The notes under the pieces are model-generated. The model saw only the letters and a list, made by a program, of their open reading frames with translations, was not told the origin of the DNA and ran no database searches. Source: Candidatus Latescibacterota bacterium (GTDB taxonomy: Bacteria; Latescibacterota; UBA2968; GCA-2709665). Taken from it: a stretch of DNA of 64,000 nucleotides. The stretch lies in the NCBI GenBank assembly GCA_965208835.1, contig OZ242358.1, positions 3,200,001 to 3,264,000 on the forward strand. Direction: 5' to 3'. Each line of letters starts with the position of its first letter. Position 1 is the first letter of the stretch. The translations under genes and the position numbers were made by a program. Below are positions 58,661 to 64,000 of this stretch, one piece after another.

Positions 58661-60901
58661 ATGTCCAGCACACTTAAAGTGAAGACATCCAGTCAATTGA
58701 TTGCAACAGCGGCGCTCGCGTTGTTGTCAATGGTCTGTCTCGCGGGTATCAGCTCGGCAAATCAGGCCGTGTTGATCGAAGGGTATGTCTTCGACGGCGA
58801 AACCGGACTGCCCGTCAGAAATGTGAACGTCCTCGCCGCGGATCACGCCGCGCGCGCGTCTACGGACGGAAAAGGCCGGTTCGTGCTCCAACTGTCTCCT
58901 GGTGCTTATCGGCTGTCACTTACGCACGTCGGCTATCGGGAAACGCGCCACGAACTGAACATCTCAAGCGCCAGGCATCCCGTTGTCTATCTGGAACTGG
59001 CGCGACTGGACCACAAGCTGGATCCCATCGACGTTGTGGCCAGACGCGCTGAAACCCGATTTGAAGAACTGCATGAGGCCACCCGTGTGCTTTCTGGCGA
59101 CGAACTCAGGAAGAAATACAGCATCACCCTGGCCGAGACCATGAAGAACGAACTCGGCGTTGCCATCCGAAGCATGGGACCGGCGCCGGCCCGCCCCGTT
59201 ATCCGCGGGCTCAGCGGCGACCGTGTACAGATCAACGTCGACGGGATTCAGTCTCAGGATCTTTCGGCAACGTCGGCCGATCACGCGGTAACCGTCGAGA
59301 CTTTCAACGCGGAACGCCTGGAAATCATCCGCGGACCCCGCACGCTGCTGCACACGGCCACGGCCGGCGGCGGTGTAATCAACGTCGTCAAGCACAAGAT
59401 CCCTGAGACCCGCCCGAAGCGCTTCTTCGGGAGCGTGGGCGCCTACGGAGAAACGGCGAACCGCGGATATTTCTCGTCCGCCGCCCTAACCGCGCCCGTG
59501 GGGCCGCTCGCGTTGCACGCCGAGTCCACGTACCGGGATACAAGGGACATCCGGACCCCGGTCGGCCGGCTTGCCAACACGCCCATCAACACCCGCACAC
59601 ATGCACTCGGCGTTTCCTACGCGGGCGAACGGGGATACGTCGGCGCTTCTTTCGACCAGTTCGATACTCATTACGGCATTCCCGGCGGATTCATCGGCGC
59701 GCATCCCAACGGCGCGGACCTCGATATCATGCGCCGGGTCTTCGATGGGAGGGCTGTCTATCGGTTCGACGGCGGGACGGCAGACAGAATCGAGGCAGGC
59801 TTCACGAGGACCTATTACTACCACGTTGAGTACGAATCAAGCGGCAGTATCGGATCCGAGTTCCTTTTTCATGACCACAGCGGCGATCTCAAACTCTACC
59901 TGAACTCGGGAAACAAGGAGCAAAACACCGTTCTCACCGCCGGCTTTGAACACCGCGATCTCAAGCTGGGCGGTTTTGTCTTCACCCCGCCCACGCGCAA
60001 GCAGGACGTCAACTTCGGGCTGTATCACGAGACTATCTATCGCAATATCGAACTACAGGTCGCGACCCGTTACACCTATACCACCTTCGACCCGCGCCTG
60101 GAGGCGTTCTCCAACGCGAGCCTGGATGTAGACCGCACCTTCCATACATGGTCCACCGCATTCAGCCCGCTATTGCCCATTACCGACCAGTTGACCGCGG
60201 GCTTCAGCCTCAACCGCTCCCAGCGCGCGCCCACCATCGAGGAGCTCTACAACGAGGGACCGCACCTTGCCGCTTACACCTTTGAGAAGGGCAACGTCGA
60301 ACTCAATGCCGAACGCAGTTTCGGCGCAGAGGCATTCTTCCACTACCTGCGGCCGGGATTCGACCTGGTCTTCACGGGATTCTGGAACGAATTCGGCAAT
60401 TACATTGCGCCGCGAAATACGGGAGAAATCAACTGGTCTCAGCTACTTCCGATCTACGCCGCGGAAGGTATAGGCGCGAGAATGACGGGCGTGGAATCCC
60501 ACCTGAAATGGCGCCCGAACGCGCGATTGGAGCTGGAGATGAAACTGAGCCATGTGCGCGGTGAAAACCAGGACGACGGTACGCCCCTGCCCGAAATGCC
60601 GCCGCTCAAGTTCGTGGGCAGCGCAACCTACAGGCACCCCTGGCTTACCGGCGGCGGAACCGTGGAGTGGGCCGCGGGGCAGAACCGCGTGGATACCTAC
60701 GAAGACCCTACCGCCGGTTATTCCATCTTCGGCGTTTACGTACAGCGGGATTTCCAAACGAACCACGCCCGCCACAGCTTTATCCTTTCTCTCGAGAATC
60801 TTCTCGACACGGAGTACCGCAACCACCTGTCTCGCATCCGGTCCGTGATGCCTGAAACAGGCAGGAGTCTGAAGTTGAACTACAAAATGTATTTCTTTTA
60901 A
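58661..60901 (+). CDS. TonB-dependent receptor, ZnuD-like metal-uptake group
   Basis: N-terminal extension domain, GPAPARPVIRGLSGDRV, SADHAV, EIIRGP, RAPTIEELYNEGPH, YRNHLS, C-terminal F; GGAG RBS. Confidence 0.92.
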   Translation: MSSTLKVKTSSQLIATAALALLSMVCLAGISSANQAVLIEGYVFDGETGLPVRNVNVLAADHAARASTDGKGRFVLQLSPGAYRLSLTHVGYRETRHELNISSARHPVVYLELARLDHKLDPIDVVARRAETRFEELHEATRVLSGDELRKKYSITLAETMKNELGVAIRSMGPAPARPVIRGLSGDRVQINVDGIQSQDLSATSADHAVTVETFNAERLEIIRGPRTLLHTATAGGGVINVVKHKIPETRPKRFFGSVGAYGETANRGYFSSAALTAPVGPLALHAESTYRDTRDIRTPVGRLANTPINTRTHALGVSYAGERGYVGASFDQFDTHYGIPGGFIGAHPNGADLDIMRRVFDGRAVYRFDGGTADRIEAGFTRTYYYHVEYESSGSIGSEFLFHDHSGDLKLYLNSGNKEQNTVLTAGFEHRDLKLGGFVFTPPTRKQDVNFGLYHETIYRNIELQVATRYTYTTFDPRLEAFSNASLDVDRTFHTWSTAFSPLLPITDQLTAGFSLNRSQRAPTIEELYNEGPHLAAYTFEKGNVELNAERSFGAEAFFHYLRPGFDLVFTGFWNEFGNYIAPRNTGEINWSQLLPIYAAEGIGARMTGVESHLKWRPNARLELEMKLSHVRGENQDDGTPLPEMPPLKFVGSATYRHPWLTGGGTVEWAAGQNRVDTYEDPTAGYSIFGVYVQRDFQTNHARHSFILSLENLLDTEYRNHLSRIRSVMPETGRSLKLNYKMYFF

Positions 60902-60934
60902 TGTCCACTCGCCGTCGACGGAAAGACAAATCAA

Positions 60935-60977
60935 CAGCCCCGTGTCAGTCGTTATACACGGGGCTGGCTTTTTTTTT
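60935..60977 (+). terminator. Rho-independent terminator
   Basis: CAGCCCCGTGT-loop-ACACGGGGCTG followed by GC and T9. Confidence 0.85.
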
Positions 60978-61203
60978 GGTCTGATCGTCGAACCCTGGCA
61001 GCATACCAACGGCGAAAAAACTACTCGTATTCCAGGCTCTCAGCACGCCGTTCCGCATCCCTGCCCGACATCGCCCGCCGCATCACGCGTTCCACAACAC
61101 GTGGAAACCAGGTACCCCGAACAACCGCCGTACCGTTTCCGAAACCCGGGACAAGCCGACGTTTTCTCTTACCGATGCCCCGAAGGATGACCTCCGGCGA
61201 TAA

Positions 61204-62163
61204 TCAGACCCCTACGGCATCGGCCATGAATCCTTGATATGCTTCGCGATAGTGAGGCTCCCAATCCGCCCGATCAGGTTGCCATTGCCGGGCGGCCATC
61301 CAGCCCAGGGCGATCTTCGTTGCGGTATCCAGGTCGGAACCCTCGAGGCTCGCGAGTCCCGCTTTGCGGCGTTTTGCAGCCATTCTGGGGACGAGGTCCC
61401 TGTGGCCGGGTCGATTTCTGTCCCCTGAATTCAAGACCTGGAGATACGCGGGATCCAGAATCCACGGGCGGCGATTCGGGTGGATATCGATCAGGACCGC
61501 GCGCTCCCCTTCCGGCGGCGGATCTCTCATCAATCCGTTGCACAGGTGAAAGTCTTCGAAACAGGTTTCGGATCCACACTTCGCGAGGATGAACTGCCAA
61601 TGGTCATCGAGTCTCGACAGAAGCCCGTCGACGGGTCCCGGACAACGCTGCCGGATCCCGCCCTCCAGCCAGCCGGAGACTTCGGTCCGCGACGTGACGT
61701 CCAGCGTGGGATCGTTAATCAGGTTCGCGTATTGATAGAAGCGAGTCCCCGCGTCGAGCATCAACTCGAACTCCCTTCCGTTCCAGGAATTCCCCAGAGG
61801 TCCGTAAGGGATGGCTTCCGATGCCAGCCAATGCACGTCGATCTCCCCCAGGCGGGATCCCGCGGCATAGACTCCCGGGACCAGGTCCGGCGCACGGCGA
61901 TTCAGTTCCCTGCACCAGAAGTTTTCTCGCGGGCTGGTACCGACTTTTATAATGACGACCAGGCCCGTTTCTCGATGCAACCCCCGGAGATGCACCGCTC
62001 TCAATCCGTATTCCTGGACGAACAGCTCGATGTTGCTCGCGATTGAAGTGATTTCTGCCGTCTGGTTCACGGCGTCAAGAATCGCCCGCAAGACCGCGTC
62101 CGACCGCGATACCCGTCCATGGTGGCCGAAGATATTCACTGAACAATTCCTGTCTTGTCGCAT
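61204..62163 (-). CDS. APH/choline kinase-like phosphotransferase-fold protein; start uncertain
   Basis: IIKV, PDLVP, CFEDFHLCNGL, LID, LDPAYL. Confidence 0.6.
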   Translation of the reverse strand: MRQDRNCSVNIFGHHGRVSRSDAVLRAILDAVNQTAEITSIASNIELFVQEYGLRAVHLRGLHRETGLVVIIKVGTSPRENFWCRELNRRAPDLVPGVYAAGSRLGEIDVHWLASEAIPYGPLGNSWNGREFELMLDAGTRFYQYANLINDPTLDVTSRTEVSGWLEGGIRQRCPGPVDGLLSRLDDHWQFILAKCGSETCFEDFHLCNGLMRDPPPEGERAVLIDIHPNRRPWILDPAYLQVLNSGDRNRPGHRDLVPRMAAKRRKAGLASLEGSDLDTATKIALGWMAARQWQPDRADWEPHYREAYQGFMADAVGV

Positions 62164-62217
62164 ATGGAGCCGCTCGTATCGGCACTGTTTTCGAAGACCT
62201 GATCAGCCACCGGGACG

Positions 62218-63300
62218 TCAGAAGTGGTCTGGCGCCCAGAAGATTACCTCGCGGCGGGGGAACCACGCTTCGAGTTGGCGAATTTCCCCGGCTTCAAGCG
62301 AAATCCCACGGGCGCGAAGGATCGGTTCCAGGTCGCGGCCCGAGGACTCTCCAAACAGGAGCCGGCACACCAGGTCGACCGGCAGCCTGCGCGCCAGTTC
62401 CGCCGCATCGGGAACGGTCATGGCGATCAGCGACTCGACATCGCACGGCAGGACCATCATCGAGTTGTCGCCCCCGAGTCTCAGGTCGGCGTCGGTGGCG
62501 GCGACAAGAGCGTCGACGAAGGCGTGGCCGTGGGGAATCACGCCGTGGACCCGGGTCACCCCGGCTTCGTCAATCACGCACTGAACGAGGGTATCAAGGG
62601 CGGACGCGTTGTCGTAAGCGACCTCATACACCGTCGCTTCGTCGCCATTCCGCACCCAGTTCATGTAACCGCAGAGTCCCGCCGGGCTACGGACGACGAC
62701 GGCGGGCAGCACGCCTCGCACGCGTGAGGGCGCGTAGTCCCAGTACGGACGCGGACGCAGCATCGTGCCGCTCCGGCCGGCGTTGTGACGCTCATAGAGC
62801 GCGATCGTCTCCTCCAGGTCGCGGCTCTCATCGAACGGCAGGACTTCGAGCGCGCGCCGCTCCCGGTTCGGAGAAAGTCGCAACTCCGCGTGAAAGCCCA
62901 TCAGCGGTACGCAGCACCAGCCGAGGCGCCGGTAGAATCGCGCAGGAATCGCGCTGAAGAGCAGACCCAGGTCATATCCATCGTCCCGCATGTGCTCCGC
63001 CGCATGCTCCATCAGGCGGGTGGCGATGCCGCGTTCACGGTAATCGGGATGCGTGGTAACGCCGCCGATGCCGCCCATGCGAACGGGTGTGGCGCCGAGG
63101 TGGACCCGGCGGTCCCAGATGCGCAGCGTGGATACGATCCGATTGCCGACAACGACAACCGGCGTGTGCGACGGGCGCCACGTCGGGTCGCCTTCGATAT
63201 AACCCCGGTACCGCTCACGGCCGTCGGGGTTGTGCACGGCGCAGAGCAGATCCAGGAGATCCTCGAGCTCCGATTCACGAATTGGACGAATCGTTTCCAT
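62218..63300 (-). CDS. Eis-like GNAT acetyltransferase
   Basis: MGGIGGVTTHPDYRERGIA, FYRRLGW, WAPDHF. Confidence 0.88.
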   Translation of the reverse strand: METIRPIRESELEDLLDLLCAVHNPDGRERYRGYIEGDPTWRPSHTPVVVVGNRIVSTLRIWDRRVHLGATPVRMGGIGGVTTHPDYRERGIATRLMEHAAEHMRDDGYDLGLLFSAIPARFYRRLGWCCVPLMGFHAELRLSPNRERRALEVLPFDESRDLEETIALYERHNAGRSGTMLRPRPYWDYAPSRVRGVLPAVVVRSPAGLCGYMNWVRNGDEATVYEVAYDNASALDTLVQCVIDEAGVTRVHGVIPHGHAFVDALVAATDADLRLGGDNSMMVLPCDVESLIAMTVPDAAELARRLPVDLVCRLLFGESSGRDLEPILRARGISLEAGEIRQLEAWFPRREVIFWAPDHF

Positions 63301-63349
63301 GGTATTCGTTTTGGCCTGACGAACGCAGCCTCCGCGCGGCGATCTGTTG

Positions 63350-64000
63350 TCAGCCGTCGATTGCCAGCGACAATCCGTCGTATGCGATTCTGTACCCGTT
63401 TTCCGCGGCATAGGCGTCGAGTTCGTCGTGCTCCAGGTATCCTTCGTGCGAAATGTGAGTCGCGTAGACCCGTGCGTTGTCCTTCAGGAGACCGCTGCGC
63501 CTGAAGCGGTCCACGTGGCCGATGACGTCGACGGATGCAAGATGGTCGGGCGGGCTGATGTCGATTCCGACGCCGTATGTGTGATCGAGGATGAGCAGAT
63601 CGAACCGGGTGCCGGCAATCAGCAGGTGCTCCCATACGTGCTCCGGAAGCACCGAGGTATCCGTACCGTAGAATATGGCCTGCCGGCCCTGCTCGATCGC
63701 ATAGAGCAGGGCGCCCTCTACCGTGCCGTGGTTCGCGGGAAACCCTGTGACGCGATAATTGCCGATGACACGTCCCTCGAATGGCTCGAGGCGCAACGGA
63801 TCGATCCCAAGCGCACGCCGGGCCTTTCGATCGAAGATGCTGCCGTATCGGCATCTCTCGGACAGGTCGTTGTCGATGGCTCTCAGCGTATCGATTGAAC
63901 CCGCCAGTATCATCTCTTTCGCGAGGACAGTCCCATAGGACTCGTGCCTCGACATGATGAACTCGGGGTCGTAGTGGTCCTCGTGGGCGTGCGTCATGAG
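63350..64000 (-). CDS. MBL-fold metallohydrolase (PhnP-like), 5' end outside the window
   Basis: THAHEDH, PANH, FYGTDT, ATHISH, IAYDG. Confidence 0.88.
   Translation of the reverse strand, partial: LMTHAHEDHYDPEFIMSRHESYGTVLAKEMILAGSIDTLRAIDNDLSERCRYGSIFDRKARRALGIDPLRLEPFEGRVIGNYRVTGFPANHGTVEGALLYAIEQGRQAIFYGTDTSVLPEHVWEHLLIAGTRFDLLILDHTYGVGIDISPPDHLASVDVIGHVDRFRRSGLLKDNARVYATHISHEGYLEHDELDAYAAENGYRIAYDGLSLAIDG

Overview
A GC-rich (roughly 60% by eye) chromosomal window from a diderm bacterium, judging by TonB receptor, TolC, outer-membrane barrels and lipoproteins. No rRNA, tRNA, CRISPR array, integrase or intact transposase was recognised. 0.85-9 kb holds + strand genes, including an intact FitAB/VapBC pair and toxin-antitoxin debris. 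9-52 kb is an almost unbroken - strand run of small modifying enzymes, MltF, thioredoxin and a MacAB-TolC-like exporter with three adaptor proteins behind a sigma-54-type promoter. The most striking locus is 52.6-61.0 kb. It is a tandemly duplicated unit of a DUF2946-like leader peptide (His-rich, CxxC, C-terminal RAPP arrest-type motif), a conserved structured leader and a His/acidic-rich repeat lipoprotein (3 vs 6 domains), followed by a ZnuD-like TonB-dependent receptor. In the first copy a net 2-nt deletion destroys the RAPP motif. Intergenic DNA carries several dispersed repeat families, including a structured ~80-nt core present six times, plus MITEs and REP-like palindromes. At least three TA modules have toxins cut off just after their start. 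All product calls come from motif recognition by eye; no database search was run.
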